A stretch of 64,000 nt of DNA from Planctomycetia bacterium (GCA_014192425.1 BJHK01000018.1:6986-70985), one strand, 5' to 3'; counted from the stretch's first letter, positions 45,693 to 55,339 are shown. Numbers and translations: made by a program. Notes: generated from the letters alone by a model not told the origin.

Positions 45693-48650
45693 TCAGCGCG
45701 GGCGGGGCGCGGCGACCGGCTGCTCCCAGGCGGCCAGCGGCACGCAGCTGCAGAACAGGTTGCGGTCGCCGTGGACGTTGTCCACCCGGCCCACCGGCGG
45801 CCAGTACTTCGACCGGCGCAGGGCCGCCACCGGGAAGGCGGCGGTCTCGCGCGGATACGGGTGCGGCCACTCGTTGCCGGCCACCGTGGCCGCGGTGTGC
45901 GGAGCGTGCTTGAGCGGGTTGTCGTCCTGCGGCCACTCCCCCGCCTCGATCCGGGCGATCTCCGCGCGGATCGCGACCATCGCCTCCACGAACCGGTCGA
46001 GCTCGGCGAGCGGCTCGCTCTCCGTCGGCTCGACCATCAGCGTCCCCGGCACCGGGAAGCTCAAGGTCGGGGCGTGAAAGCCGTAGTCGATGAGCCGCTT
46101 GGCCACGTCCTCGGCCGTGACGCCGCTGGTCTCCTTGAGCGGCCGGAGGTCGAGGATGCACTCGTGGGCCACGCGGCCGCCGGCGCCGGCGTAGAGCGTG
46201 GGGAAGTGGCCGCGGAGCCGGACGCTCACGTAGTTGGCCGCGAGGATCGCCGCCTCCGTCGCGTGCACGAGCCCCTCGGCGCCCATCATCCGGCAATACA
46301 TCCAGCTGATCGGCAGCACCGCGGCGTTGCCCAGCGGCGCGGCCGACACGGCGCCGACGTCGCTCGGCGGCAGGCCGCCGGCAACATGCCCGGGGAGGAA
46401 CGGCACGAGGTCCTCGACCACGCACACCGGGCCCACGCCCGGGCCGCCGCCGCCGTGCGGAATGCAGAACGTCTTGTGGAGGTTCAGGTGGCTGACATCG
46501 CCGCCGAACCGGCCGGGGGCCGCGAGGCCGACGAGCGCGTTCATGTTGGCCCCGTCGACGTACACCCGGCCGCCGTGCCGGTGGACGATGTCGCAGAGCG
46601 CGCGGATCGACGTCTCGAAGACGCCGTGCGTGCTCGGGTAGGTGATCATCACCGCGGCCAGCCGGTCGGCATGCTGCCGGCACTTTTCCCCGAGCTCGGC
46701 CAGATCGACGTTGCCCTGGGCGTCGCAGCCGGTGACCACGACCTGCATGCCCACCATCTGGGCGCTGGCCGGATTGGTGCCGTGGGCGCTGGCCGGGATG
46801 ATGCAGACGTCGCGCTGCCCCTGGCCGCGCGACCGCTGCCAGGCCTGGATCGCAAGCAAACCGGCGTATTCCCCCTGGCTGCCGGCATTGGGCTGGAGGC
46901 TGATCCCGGCGTAGCCGGTCGCCGCGGTCAACCAGCGGCGCAGGAGCGTTTCGAGCTCCGCGTAGCCCTGCCGCTGGTCGGCCGGCGCGAAGGGGTGCAC
47001 GTGGGCGAACTCGGGCCACGTGATCGGGATCATCTCGCTCGTGGCGTTGAGCTTCATCGTGCAGCTGCCGAGCGGGATCATGCTCCGGTCGAGCGCCAGG
47101 TCCCTGTCGGACAGAGAGCGGATGTACCGCAGCATCGCCGTCTCGGAATGGTGCGTGTGGAACACCGGATGGATGAGAAACTCGCTCGACCGGCGCAGGG
47201 CCGCCGGGATCAGCGGCGCGGCCTCCCGCTCCACGGCGGCGCGGTCGGGAAGCGGCTGCCCGGCGGGGGCGAACACGCGCATCAGCCGCGCGACGTCATC
47301 GGCGGTCGTCGTTTCGTCGAGCGCGATCGCCAGCGTGCCGGCGTCGAGCACGCGCAGGTTCATCCCCAGGTCGCGGGCCCGGGCCGCGAGGGCCGTGGTC
47401 TGATCGCCCGTGTCGAGGCACAGCGTGTCGAAGGCCTGTGCATGGCGCAGGCGGACGCCGAGCCGGCCGAGGCCGGCCGCGAGGGTCGCCGTCAGCCGCG
47501 ACACACGCTCCGCGATCCGCGTCAGGCCGGCGGGGCCGTGGTACACCGCATACATGCTCGCCACGACGGCGGGCAAAACCTGCGCCGTGCAGATGTTGGA
47601 GGTTGCCTTCTCGCGCCGGATGTGCTGCTCGCGGGTCTGGAGGGCGAGCCGATAGGCCGGGCCGCCGTGGGCGTCGATGCTGACGCCGACGAGCCGGCCT
47701 GGAAGGGACCGCTTCAGCTCGTCGCGGCAGGCGAGGTAGGCGGCATGCGGGCCGCCGCAGCCCATCGGCATGCCGAACCGCTGCGTGCTGCCGACGACGA
47801 TGTCGGCGCCCCACTCGCCCGGGGGCGCGAGGAGCACGAGGGCCAGCGGGTCGGCGGCCACGCAGAGCAGCGCCTGCCGGGCGTGGACCTTCTCGGCGAG
47901 GCCGCGTTGGTCGTCGAGGCCGCCGTCGGTGGCCGGATACTGGACGAGCGCGCCGAAGCAGTCGTGGCTCTCGACGAGGGCGGCGACGTCGCCGACGACG
48001 AGCTCGATGCCCAGCGGCCGGGCCCGGGTGGCGAGCACCTCGAGCGTCTGCGGGTGGCAGCGTCGGTCGGCGAGAAACACCGGGCTCTTCGCCGCGGCTG
48101 AGCGGCGGGCGAGCGTCATCGCCTCGGCGGCGGCGGTGGCCTCGTCGAGCATCGACGCGTTGGCGATCGGCATGCCGGTGAGGTCGCAGACCATGGTCTG
48201 GAAATTGACCAGCGCCTCCATCCGGCCCTGGCTGATCTCGGCCTGGTACGGCGTGTAGGCCGTGTACCAGGCGGGATTCTCCAGGATGTTCCGCAGGATC
48301 ACACCCGGCGTGTGCGTGCCGTGGTAGCCCTGGCCGATGAAGCTCTTGAGGAGCCGGTTGCGGGCCGCGATCCCCTTCAGTTCCTCGAGCGCCGCCGCCT
48401 CGGTGGCGGCCGCGGGCAGGTCCATGCGGTCGTGCCGGGCGATGCTCTCCGGCACGATCTCGGCGATCAGCGCGGGCAGCGAGGCCGCGCCAACGACGTC
48501 GAGCATCTGCCGCTCGTCGGCGGCGGAGAGACCGATGTGGCGGGCCTCGAACTCTGAGGGGCCGGCGTGATCGACCCGCGGTGCGGGGGCGGGACGATCG
48601 GCGGCCGCGGAGGGGGACTCGGCCCGGCGGGCCGTGAGCAGGTCTGACAT
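45693..48650 (-). CDS. gcvP: Glycine dehydrogenase (aminomethyl-transferring), single-chain P protein
   Basis: The 985-aa product aligns by eye over its full length with GcvP ([38 protein letters not shown]). A glycine riboswitch precedes it. Confidence 0.95.
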   Translation of the reverse strand: MSDLLTARRAESPSAAADRPAPAPRVDHAGPSEFEARHIGLSAADERQMLDVVGAASLPALIAEIVPESIARHDRMDLPAAATEAAALEELKGIAARNRLLKSFIGQGYHGTHTPGVILRNILENPAWYTAYTPYQAEISQGRMEALVNFQTMVCDLTGMPIANASMLDEATAAAEAMTLARRSAAAKSPVFLADRRCHPQTLEVLATRARPLGIELVVGDVAALVESHDCFGALVQYPATDGGLDDQRGLAEKVHARQALLCVAADPLALVLLAPPGEWGADIVVGSTQRFGMPMGCGGPHAAYLACRDELKRSLPGRLVGVSIDAHGGPAYRLALQTREQHIRREKATSNICTAQVLPAVVASMYAVYHGPAGLTRIAERVSRLTATLAAGLGRLGVRLRHAQAFDTLCLDTGDQTTALAARARDLGMNLRVLDAGTLAIALDETTTADDVARLMRVFAPAGQPLPDRAAVEREAAPLIPAALRRSSEFLIHPVFHTHHSETAMLRYIRSLSDRDLALDRSMIPLGSCTMKLNATSEMIPITWPEFAHVHPFAPADQRQGYAELETLLRRWLTAATGYAGISLQPNAGSQGEYAGLLAIQAWQRSRGQGQRDVCIIPASAHGTNPASAQMVGMQVVVTGCDAQGNVDLAELGEKCRQHADRLAAVMITYPSTHGVFETSIRALCDIVHRHGGRVYVDGANMNALVGLAAPGRFGGDVSHLNLHKTFCIPHGGGGPGVGPVCVVEDLVPFLPGHVAGGLPPSDVGAVSAAPLGNAAVLPISWMYCRMMGAEGLVHATEAAILAANYVSVRLRGHFPTLYAGAGGRVAHECILDLRPLKETSGVTAEDVAKRLIDYGFHAPTLSFPVPGTLMVEPTESEPLAELDRFVEAMVAIRAEIARIEAGEWPQDDNPLKHAPHTAATVAGNEWPHPYPRETAAFPVAALRRSKYWPPVGRVDNVHGDRNLFCSCVPLAAWEQPVAAPRPR

Positions 48651-48698
48651 GACAGGGCTCCCGATGCGCTGGCGCCGGCGGAGCCGGAGCCCGGAACC

Positions 48699-48861
48699 CT
48701 GTTGTCCTGGAACCTGAGAGATTCACCGCGGCCGGCGGCCGAGGCTTGCCCCTTCGGTGGCCGCGGGCCTTCCGGCCCGGGGCACTCTCCAACAGTGGGT
48801 GGTGTCAGTCCTTTTGCCTGAGCGTTCAGCCTTCGGCGGTCTTGCGACTCTCTCCTGACTC
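48699..48861 (-). promoter_or_regulatory. Tandem glycine riboswitch (two aptamers) in the gcvP leader
   Basis: The minus-strand RNA reads GUCAGGAGAG...ACCGCCGAAGG...CUCAGGCAAAAGGACUGAC (aptamer 1), then CUGUUGGAGAG...CACCGAAGGGGCAA...UCUCAGG..CCAGGACAACAG (aptamer 2). A helix follows (GGGCUCC / GGAGCCC) that can pair with the GGAG ribosome-binding site 7 nt before the ATG. Confidence 0.85.
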
Positions 48862-49019
48862 AAGAAGTCTAGCCGGCGGTCCCGGGGCCGACAATCGCGC
48901 GCCCGCTCCGGCTCCAATCCGGCCCCGAAAACCGGCATCCCCGCCCTGCCCTGCCGCACTTCCTCACCAACCTGTTCGACGCGCCAGAGCATGCGATCGT
49001 CGTCGGCCGCGGGCGATCC

Positions 49020-49451
49020 TCAGACGGCGAGGGGATTTCGCCAACGAACACCGGGGAAGCGACCGAAATCGAGGTCCGAGGTGTGGACCTCGGCCCGATA
49101 TTCGATCGCCAGTGCGGCAATGTGGGCGTCGGTGGTCAGGGCTCCGCCGACGCCGACGGATCGCAGGCATTGCAACAGGGACGCGAGGTGGCCCTCCCCG
49201 GGTGAGATCAGTCTCACCGGCCGTGCCGTGAACCAGCGTTCGACCCGGCGGCAACTGTCGTCCACCGACAGGGGATGGGCGAGGATGCGCGTGGACGTCG
49301 TCAGCCGAAGAAAGGCCAGGATCACGACGACCGGGATTCCGACGTCGGCGTCGCCGGCCAGGAGCCCCTTCCACCAGGCCCTGGCCGCGGCGTGTTCCGG
49401 ATCCGCCTGATTGTGGGCGTAGATGATCAGGTTGGCGTCGGGAATGATCAT
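49020..49451 (-). CDS. vapC: Type II toxin VapC (PIN-domain ribonuclease)
   Basis: The product MIIPDANLIIYAH...TTDAHIAALAIEYRAEVHTSDLDF has the acidic PIN residue pattern. It overlaps the antitoxin gene by 4 nt. Confidence 0.85.
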   Translation of the reverse strand: MIIPDANLIIYAHNQADPEHAAARAWWKGLLAGDADVGIPVVVILAFLRLTTSTRILAHPLSVDDSCRRVERWFTARPVRLISPGEGHLASLLQCLRSVGVGGALTTDAHIAALAIEYRAEVHTSDLDFGRFPGVRWRNPLAV

Positions 49452-49711
49452 GACCGCCGCATCGCCCGATCGGCATCGCGGTCGGCCTCGATCTCGTCGG
49501 CCATCTGCTGCAGTCGCCGCCGGTCAACGCCGGGCTGGTAGGCCGACCGAAAGGCTAGCACCTCGACCGACTGCCGTTTGCGCGGGCCGAGGCCGGCGAG
49601 CCCGCGGCGTATCGCATCGTTGATGACCTGCTTGAAACTGACGTGCCGCCGGGCGACTTCCTTGCGCAGCAGGGCCGCGGTGTCCGGGTCGAGCGTGACG
49701 GTCGTCCTCAT
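49448..49711 (-). CDS. vapB: Type II antitoxin VapB (RHH-like)
   Basis: The 87-aa product starts MRTTVTLDPDTAALLRKEVARRHVSFKQVINDAIRRGL. It lies upstream of, and overlaps, vapC. Confidence 0.75.
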   Translation of the reverse strand: MRTTVTLDPDTAALLRKEVARRHVSFKQVINDAIRRGLAGLGPRKRQSVEVLAFRSAYQPGVDRRRLQQMADEIEADRDADRAMRRS

Positions 49712-49833
49712 GGAAGCATCTTAGCATCACCTTATGTGACGACAAGATGCTCACGTGAACGCAGCCAACCGCAGCCGCGCCGCAGTGTGGCCGTCGATCA
49801 CGACCCAGCCCCCGGCTTGCGTCCAAGCCCGGC

Positions 49834-51270
49834 TCACGTCCCGGCCGTGGCGGCGCGGATCCCGGCCTCGGCCGCGGCGGCGAGGCGGTCGATCTCTTCG
49901 AGCGACACGCACAAGGGGGGCATGATCACGACCACGTCGCCGAGCTGGCGGAAGAGCGCGCCATGCTGCCGGGCCGCCAGGCAGGCGCGGGTGCCGCGCC
50001 TCTCCTGCCAGGCATACGGCCGGCCGGACGTCTTGTCGGCCACGAGGTCGAGGCCGACCACGAAGCCGCACTGGCGGACGGCGCCGACATGGTCGAGCCG
50101 GCCGAGCCGTGCGGCATGCTCGCGCAACCGGGCGATCTTGGGCGGCAGCAACTCGAGCACGCGGTCCTCGCGAAACACGTCGAGCGACGCCAGCCCCACG
50201 GCCGCGGCCAAGGGATTGCCGCCGTAGGTGTGGCCGTGAAAAAATGTCCGCCGGTCGCCGTGCGGCCCGAGGAACGCGTCCCAGATCCGCTCGGTCGTGA
50301 GCGTCGCCGCCATCGGCAGGTAGCCCGCCGCGAGCCCCTTGGCCAGGCAGAGAAAGTCGGGCGCGACCTGCTCCTGCTCGGAGGCGAAGAGCGTGCCCGT
50401 GCGGCCGAAGCCGGTCGCGACCTCGTCGAGGATCAGGAGCACGCCGTGCCGGGCGGTGATCTCGCGGACGCCGCGCAGGAAGCCGGGTGGATGGACGTAG
50501 ATCCCGGCGGCCATCTGCACGAGCGGCTCCATGACGAGGGCCGCGACCGTGCCCCGATGCTCGTCGAGGAGGCGCTCGAGCGCGGCGAGCGATTCGTCGA
50601 GCGTCGGCGCCGGCCGGCCCGTCGCCGGGCAGGGCCCGCCGGGTGACGGCAGCCGGATCGCCGCGAACGTCAGCGGGGCGAAGAGCGACGTGAACCGGTC
50701 CACGCCCCCCACGCCGATGGCGCCGAGCGTGTCGCCGTGATACGCCTCGCCGATGGCGACGAACCGGGTCCGGTCCGGCTCCGGCCGCGGCGCCTGCCGC
50801 CAGTATTGGAAGGCGATCTTCAGGGCCGCCTCGACCGCGCTCGATCCGTCCCCCGAAAAAAACACCTTCTCCAGGCCGGGGGGCGCGACCGCGACGAGCC
50901 GGCGGGCGAACTCGACCGTCGTCGGGTTCGAGAGCCCGAGGTTTGTCGTGTGGGCCACCTTCGCCGCCTGGGCGACGAGCGCGGCGTCGAGCCGCGGGTG
51001 GCGATGGCCGTGGACGTTGCACCACATGCTCGCCGAGCCGTCGAGGTAGCGGTTGCCGGCCGTGTCCACGAGCCACGCCCCCTGCCCCGACCCGATGAGC
51101 AGCGGCTCGTACTCCTGCATCTGCGTGAACGCGTGCCAGACGTGCTGCCGATCCCAGTCGGCGAGCAAGTCGGCGGCCGGGGACGTTCCAGTGGCCGACA
51201 GACGCGGGTCCGCGGCCGACAGGCTCGGGTTGGCGCAGGAAATCCGGCTGCCGGGTGCGGAAGGGCTCAT
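49834..51270 (-). CDS. bioA: Adenosylmethionine-8-amino-7-oxononanoate aminotransferase
   Basis: Class III aminotransferase blocks are present (HVWHAFTQ, YLDG.SSMWCNVHGH, ILDEVATGFGRTG, GHTYGGNPLA). The ATG at 51270 avoids overlap with the upstream gene. Confidence 0.9.
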   Translation of the reverse strand: MSPSAPGSRISCANPSLSAADPRLSATGTSPAADLLADWDRQHVWHAFTQMQEYEPLLIGSGQGAWLVDTAGNRYLDGSASMWCNVHGHRHPRLDAALVAQAAKVAHTTNLGLSNPTTVEFARRLVAVAPPGLEKVFFSGDGSSAVEAALKIAFQYWRQAPRPEPDRTRFVAIGEAYHGDTLGAIGVGGVDRFTSLFAPLTFAAIRLPSPGGPCPATGRPAPTLDESLAALERLLDEHRGTVAALVMEPLVQMAAGIYVHPPGFLRGVREITARHGVLLILDEVATGFGRTGTLFASEQEQVAPDFLCLAKGLAAGYLPMAATLTTERIWDAFLGPHGDRRTFFHGHTYGGNPLAAAVGLASLDVFREDRVLELLPPKIARLREHAARLGRLDHVGAVRQCGFVVGLDLVADKTSGRPYAWQERRGTRACLAARQHGALFRQLGDVVVIMPPLCVSLEEIDRLAAAAEAGIRAATAGT

Positions 51271-51298
51271 GCCGAGAGTGTAGCGGCTCGGGCGGGGA

Positions 51299-51856
51299 TC
51301 ACTCGCGGGCGGCCAGCACCTCGTCGAGCTGCTTCTCAACGCCGAGCGGGCCGGCCCAGCGGCGCAGGTAGCGCTCGTCGAGCTCGCCCTGCGTGAACAG
51401 AATGTCCTGGATGTCGATCAGGTCGCGAGGCCGCGCCGCGATCAACTTGAAGAGAATCAGGTCCTCGGCGGAGACGAGTTTGACGGACCGCCCCTCGATG
51501 TCCGCCGCGACGTGCCGCTCGATGACCTCCCGCTGGAAGTCGGTCTCGGCGATGAAGATGTCCGCATCGACGGCCCGGCCGTCCAAAAACAGCCTGACTT
51601 TCACCAGCGGCATGCCACCGACGCTGTCGACCCAGCCGCGAGAGTATTGCTCGGGCACGCTGTAGCCACGATCGGTGATCGCCGCGAACATCGCCCCCAG
51701 CCGGTCACGGGGAACGGCGAGGGTGAAGTCGACGTCGTAGGTAGGGCGCGGAATGCCATGCGCCCGGACGGCGATGCCGCCCATGATCGCGTAGGACAGT
51801 CCGAGCCGGTCGAATACATCGACGAGATCGTGAATGACGGTGGTCAGGTCGGACAT
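51299..51856 (-). CDS. Minimal nucleotidyltransferase-fold protein (DUF6036/MNT-like)
   Basis: The NTase signature is IMGGIAVRAHGIPRPTYDVDFTL (hGG...x...DhDh). The product is 185 aa and the gene overlaps the upstream small gene by 13 nt. Confidence 0.7.
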   Translation of the reverse strand: MSDLTTVIHDLVDVFDRLGLSYAIMGGIAVRAHGIPRPTYDVDFTLAVPRDRLGAMFAAITDRGYSVPEQYSRGWVDSVGGMPLVKVRLFLDGRAVDADIFIAETDFQREVIERHVAADIEGRSVKLVSAEDLILFKLIAARPRDLIDIQDILFTQGELDERYLRRWAGPLGVEKQLDEVLAARE

Positions 51857-52077
51857 GTTCCGTTCGCGACAAGGGGCTTCAGTCGCCGCAACGCCGCGAG
51901 CAGACGCTCATTGCGCAGGTCGTTCTCCCGCTGCAGGAGAGCGAACCGCCGCTCGACGACGTCGGGCGTGCCGGCCAGCAGATAGGGCGTGTTCTCCCGG
52001 ATCATCTCGAACGTGAGCGCGAGCCGCTCGCCGGGCGTCATCCGTCGATACGCGTCGAGGGTCTCCTTGCTGAGCAT
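51844..52077 (-). CDS. Small helical protein, cognate partner of the NTase (candidate antitoxin or adaptor)
   Basis: The 77-aa product is MLSKETLDAYRRMTPGERLALTFEMIRENTPYLL... The coding call rests on composition and the operon overlap only. Confidence 0.5.
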   Translation of the reverse strand: MLSKETLDAYRRMTPGERLALTFEMIRENTPYLLAGTPDVVERRFALLQRENDLRNERLLAALRRLKPLVANGTCPT

Positions 52078-52109
52078 GACCCCAGTCTACACCGCGGCCC
52101 GGCGCCGGA

Positions 52110-52889
52110 TCAGCCCGGCCCGCGGTCCATGATCAGGACGCGGCTGCCGAGGCGGGCGCTGAGCTGCGTGTCGGCCCGGCCCGCGACGATCGCCGCCTCG
52201 ATGAAGCCCTGTGATCCGACCAGCGCCACCGGCGTGCCGGCGGGCGCGTCGCCGTAGGTGCGGACGAGCGCGGGCACGTCCCGGTCGCCGACGCGCAGCC
52301 GGCCGGCGGCGACGACCCGCGGCCAGAGTTGGGCGGGCAGGTTCGTGACGAGGTTGCCGAACGCATCGACGTGGAGCACCTCGCCGGCGAGTCCCGCAGC
52401 GGTCTCGTGCGGCTCCGGCCAGGCGAGCCGCGCGAGGTCCGCGACCAGGGGCCCGAGCGTCTCCGGCGGCGCGCCGTTGAGGAGCCGCACGGCGGCGGGC
52501 GCGAGCACGTCGCGGCCGTGGAACGTGGCCGCGGCACCAGCCGGGACGGCGATCGCACGGGCCGCGTCGAGCGGGGCGCGGGAGAGCGCCCAGGAGAGCA
52601 GGCCGTTGTCCGGGGCGAGAAACTGCCGGCCGCCGATGTCGGCCCACACGAGCCGCCGGGATGTCCCGACGCCGGGATCGACGACGCAGAGGTGCAGCGT
52701 GCCGGGCGGAAATGCCGGGCAGGCCTGGCCGACGAGCCAGGCCGCGGCGCGGACGTCGTGGGCCGGCAGGTCGTGGGCGATGTCGACGAGCGTGAACGGT
52801 TCGCGGGCGTGGAGCAGGCTGGCCTTCAGCTCGGCGACATAGCCGGAGCCGGTGCCGAAGTCGGTGGTCAGCGTGACGATCCGGTGCAT
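52110..52889 (-). CDS. SAM hydroxide adenosyltransferase / SAM hydrolase family protein (DUF62)
   Basis: The product contains MHRIVTLTTDFGTGSGYVAELK, VVDPGVG and HVDAFGNLVTN. The internal start at 52889 lies within a 413-aa ORF. Confidence 0.85.
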   Translation of the reverse strand: MHRIVTLTTDFGTGSGYVAELKASLLHAREPFTLVDIAHDLPAHDVRAAAWLVGQACPAFPPGTLHLCVVDPGVGTSRRLVWADIGGRQFLAPDNGLLSWALSRAPLDAARAIAVPAGAAATFHGRDVLAPAAVRLLNGAPPETLGPLVADLARLAWPEPHETAAGLAGEVLHVDAFGNLVTNLPAQLWPRVVAAGRLRVGDRDVPALVRTYGDAPAGTPVALVGSQGFIEAAIVAGRADTQLSARLGSRVLIMDRGPG

Positions 52890-53016
52890 GACGGGCAGCC
52901 TACCCCGGCCGGCCAGAACGGGGAAAACACCGGTTCCAGGTCCGGAAAAATGCTCTCGTCCGTCCCGGCCCGTGCCGTTATTCTCTCCGCCCCCGCAGGC
53001 GAGAGGGAGACGAACC

Positions 53017-53724
53017 ATGAGCTTCGTGAATCGACCCGGCCGGCGCACGATCCTGCTGCGCGGGCTTGCGGCATCACCCCTCGCCATCCTCGCGGCCGGC
53101 TGTCGCGGCATGCAGTTCGCCCGCGTCATGCGGCCCGGCGAGAGTGCCATGATCGGCAGCCACCAGGCAGGCCAGGAAACCTTCACGCCGCTGGTGAACG
53201 ACGCGGTCGCGAAGCTCCTCGCCCGGCACGTCGAGACGGCCGTGCAGCAGGTGTCGTATGCGCCGGGTACCGAACCGCTGCCCCAGCCGGCCCGACGGAT
53301 CTGCTTCGTGGGGGTCGAAAACAAGAGTGCCGAGGAGATCGGCGATTTCAAGGAGCAGATCTACCAGTCGATCGACGGGCGGATCCTCGAATCGAACGTC
53401 TTCCAGTCGGTCAATCGTCGTTTCGTCGATGCCGGTCTCAGGGACACCCGCCTGCGGCCCGACCAGTTGCTCGTGCCCGAGCACATGCGGGCGTTCACCG
53501 CTCACATGGAACAGCAGGGTCAGCCGATCGACTACCTGCTCTACGCCACGATCACCTCGGGAACCACGCGGGAGAACCGCGACTACCAGCGCGACTACGT
53601 GCTCACGCTGGAACTGGTCGAGGTCGGAACCGGCACCTACGACAAACAGTCGGCCGAGTTGAGCAAGGGCTATCATCACAGCCGCCTGAGCCGTTGGCGG
53701 GCCACCGCTCCGCTGACGCCATGA
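53017..53724 (+). CDS. LpoB-like (penicillin-binding-protein-activator-like) lipoprotein
   Basis: A GAGAGGGAGA ribosome-binding site lies upstream. A lipobox is present (LAILAAGC). The core reads ICFVGVENKSAEEIGDFKEQIYQSIDGRILESNVFQSVNRRFV...YLLYATITS, which resembles LpoB-family proteins. Confidence 0.7.
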   Translation: MSFVNRPGRRTILLRGLAASPLAILAAGCRGMQFARVMRPGESAMIGSHQAGQETFTPLVNDAVAKLLARHVETAVQQVSYAPGTEPLPQPARRICFVGVENKSAEEIGDFKEQIYQSIDGRILESNVFQSVNRRFVDAGLRDTRLRPDQLLVPEHMRAFTAHMEQQGQPIDYLLYATITSGTTRENRDYQRDYVLTLELVEVGTGTYDKQSAELSKGYHHSRLSRWRATAPLTP

Positions 53725-55187
53725 TCCGTCCGCGGGCAGGCGGTTTTGGCGTGTGGGCGTCCGTTCTGTCGCCACGAGTTCGCCGGGGAGCCGGGGGCGA
53801 CGAATGGTCGAGGACCAGTCGGCGTCTCGTCGCCACCGTGACGCGCTGCCCGCCGTTCGGGCGGTGGCGTGCCAGCCTGGTCATCCTCGCCGCGGTCGTC
53901 TCCCTGCCCGGCTGCGCGACCCACATGATCCGCCTGCAGCCGGTGCGGGCCGCGTTCCAGAGGGGCGACATCGCCGAGGCCGACCGGCTGCTTGCCGACA
54001 AACTCGAACGCCGCTCGGCCGACGAGGACCTGCTGCTCCTCGACCGGGCCATGGTGACGCTCGCGGCGGGCCGGCCGGCCGATGCCGAGCGGACGCTGCG
54101 CCGGGTCCGCGACAGCTTTGATCATCTCGAGGAGGAGAGCCCGGCTGAAAATGCCTGGAGCATGCTCAGCGACGATGAAGCCCGGTCATACCATGGCGAA
54201 GACCATGAAAAGGTGCTCCTGCGGGCGCTGCTCGCCCTCGCCAACCTCGTGCAGGACGGCGACGACGCCGAAGCGTACAGCCTGCAGGTGATCGACACGC
54301 AGCGGCGGATCGTGGCGGCCGCGGCCCGCCCCGACGGCACGAATCCCAAGGCCGCCTACCAGCAGGTGGCGCTCGCCCCGTACCTCCGCGGCCTGCTGCG
54401 CGAGGAGACCCATCGCGACTACGACGACGCCGCCCGAAACTTCCAGCTCGTCGTGGACTGGCAGCCCGAATTCCAGCCGGGACGGAATCACCTCGCCCGG
54501 GCGGCCGGGGGCAGTCACTCGCGCCGTGGCCATGGCGTGGTGCACGTCTTCGCGCTGGTCGGTCACGGTCCGTTCAAGACCGAGGTCGAGGAGATGCCGA
54601 CGAGCACCGCGCTCCTGATCGCCGATCAGATCCTGAGCGCGCAGCTGGGAACGACGCTGCCCCCCACGATCGCACCGATCAAGGTGCCGCGGATCGTTGC
54701 GGCGCCGGGCGACGCGGGAAGCGTGCAGGTGGCGGTCGGCGGGCGGGTGGCGGGACAGACGGAAACGATCACCGACATCTCGCAGATGGCACTCCGGCAG
54801 CAGGAGGCCGTCTTGCCCTTCATCGTCGCCCGGGCGCTGGCCCGGCGCACCGGCAAGAAGGGGACGATCTACGGCATGAAGCAGGGGCTCGGCATGCGCG
54901 GGGGGCTGCCGTCGCTGGCCCTCGACGTGGCGGGCGTCGCCTGGGAGGCGACGGAAAATGCCGACACGCGTTGCTGGACCCTGCTCCCCGACCGGATCCA
55001 GGTGCTCCGTCTGGAGATGCCCGTCGGTGCGCACGCGATGCTCGTCCAGCCGCTCGACCGCCACGGCCAGCCGCTGGGGCAAGCCGTGGAGCAGAGCGTG
55101 ACGGTGGCGGACGGCCGCAACACCTACCTGCTGGTTCGGGCCACCGATGTCGGGCTCGTCGGCCGGCCGCTGACCAACAGCCCGTAG
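53721..55187 (+). CDS. Hypothetical large lipoprotein (COG3014-like?)
   Basis: The ATGA overlap with the LpoB-like gene indicates coupling. A lipobox is present (AAVVSLPGC). The N-terminal half is TPR-like and helical, and the C-terminal half is beta-rich. Confidence 0.65.
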   Translation: MIRPRAGGFGVWASVLSPRVRRGAGGDEWSRTSRRLVATVTRCPPFGRWRASLVILAAVVSLPGCATHMIRLQPVRAAFQRGDIAEADRLLADKLERRSADEDLLLLDRAMVTLAAGRPADAERTLRRVRDSFDHLEEESPAENAWSMLSDDEARSYHGEDHEKVLLRALLALANLVQDGDDAEAYSLQVIDTQRRIVAAAARPDGTNPKAAYQQVALAPYLRGLLREETHRDYDDAARNFQLVVDWQPEFQPGRNHLARAAGGSHSRRGHGVVHVFALVGHGPFKTEVEEMPTSTALLIADQILSAQLGTTLPPTIAPIKVPRIVAAPGDAGSVQVAVGGRVAGQTETITDISQMALRQQEAVLPFIVARALARRTGKKGTIYGMKQGLGMRGGLPSLALDVAGVAWEATENADTRCWTLLPDRIQVLRLEMPVGAHAMLVQPLDRHGQPLGQAVEQSVTVADGRNTYLLVRATDVGLVGRPLTNSP

Positions 55188-55229
55188 GCGAAGCCGCCGC
55201 CCGGAACGGTGCGGGAATGATCGATCGGG

Positions 55230-55335
55230 CCTGTCCCACGATCTGCCTGTCCCACGATCTGCCTGTCCCACGATCTGCCTGTCCCACGATCTGCCTGTCC
55301 CACGACCTGCCTTTCCCACGATCTGCCTGCCACGG
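55230..55335. repeat. Tandem array of about 6 x 16 bp (CCTGTCCCACGATCTG), the reverse-complement relative of the 26426 array
   Basis: Read directly from the sequence. Units start at 55230, 55246, 55262, 55278, 55294 and 55310, and the last two are degenerate. The reverse complement contains GGGACAGGCAGATCGT. The array fills the gap between two convergent stop codons (55187 and 55340). Confidence 0.95.
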
Positions 55336-55339
55336 CCCG

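Noticed and set aside
45502-45700. A tail of the minus-strand ORF (...[31 protein letters not shown]...) that faintly recalls the C-terminal box of a tyrosine recombinase, downstream of gcvP
   Set aside because: The resemblance covers only a few residues. The LGH and catalytic Tyr blocks are absent, and the ORF is otherwise a shadow of gcvP. This is not enough to call an integrase remnant.
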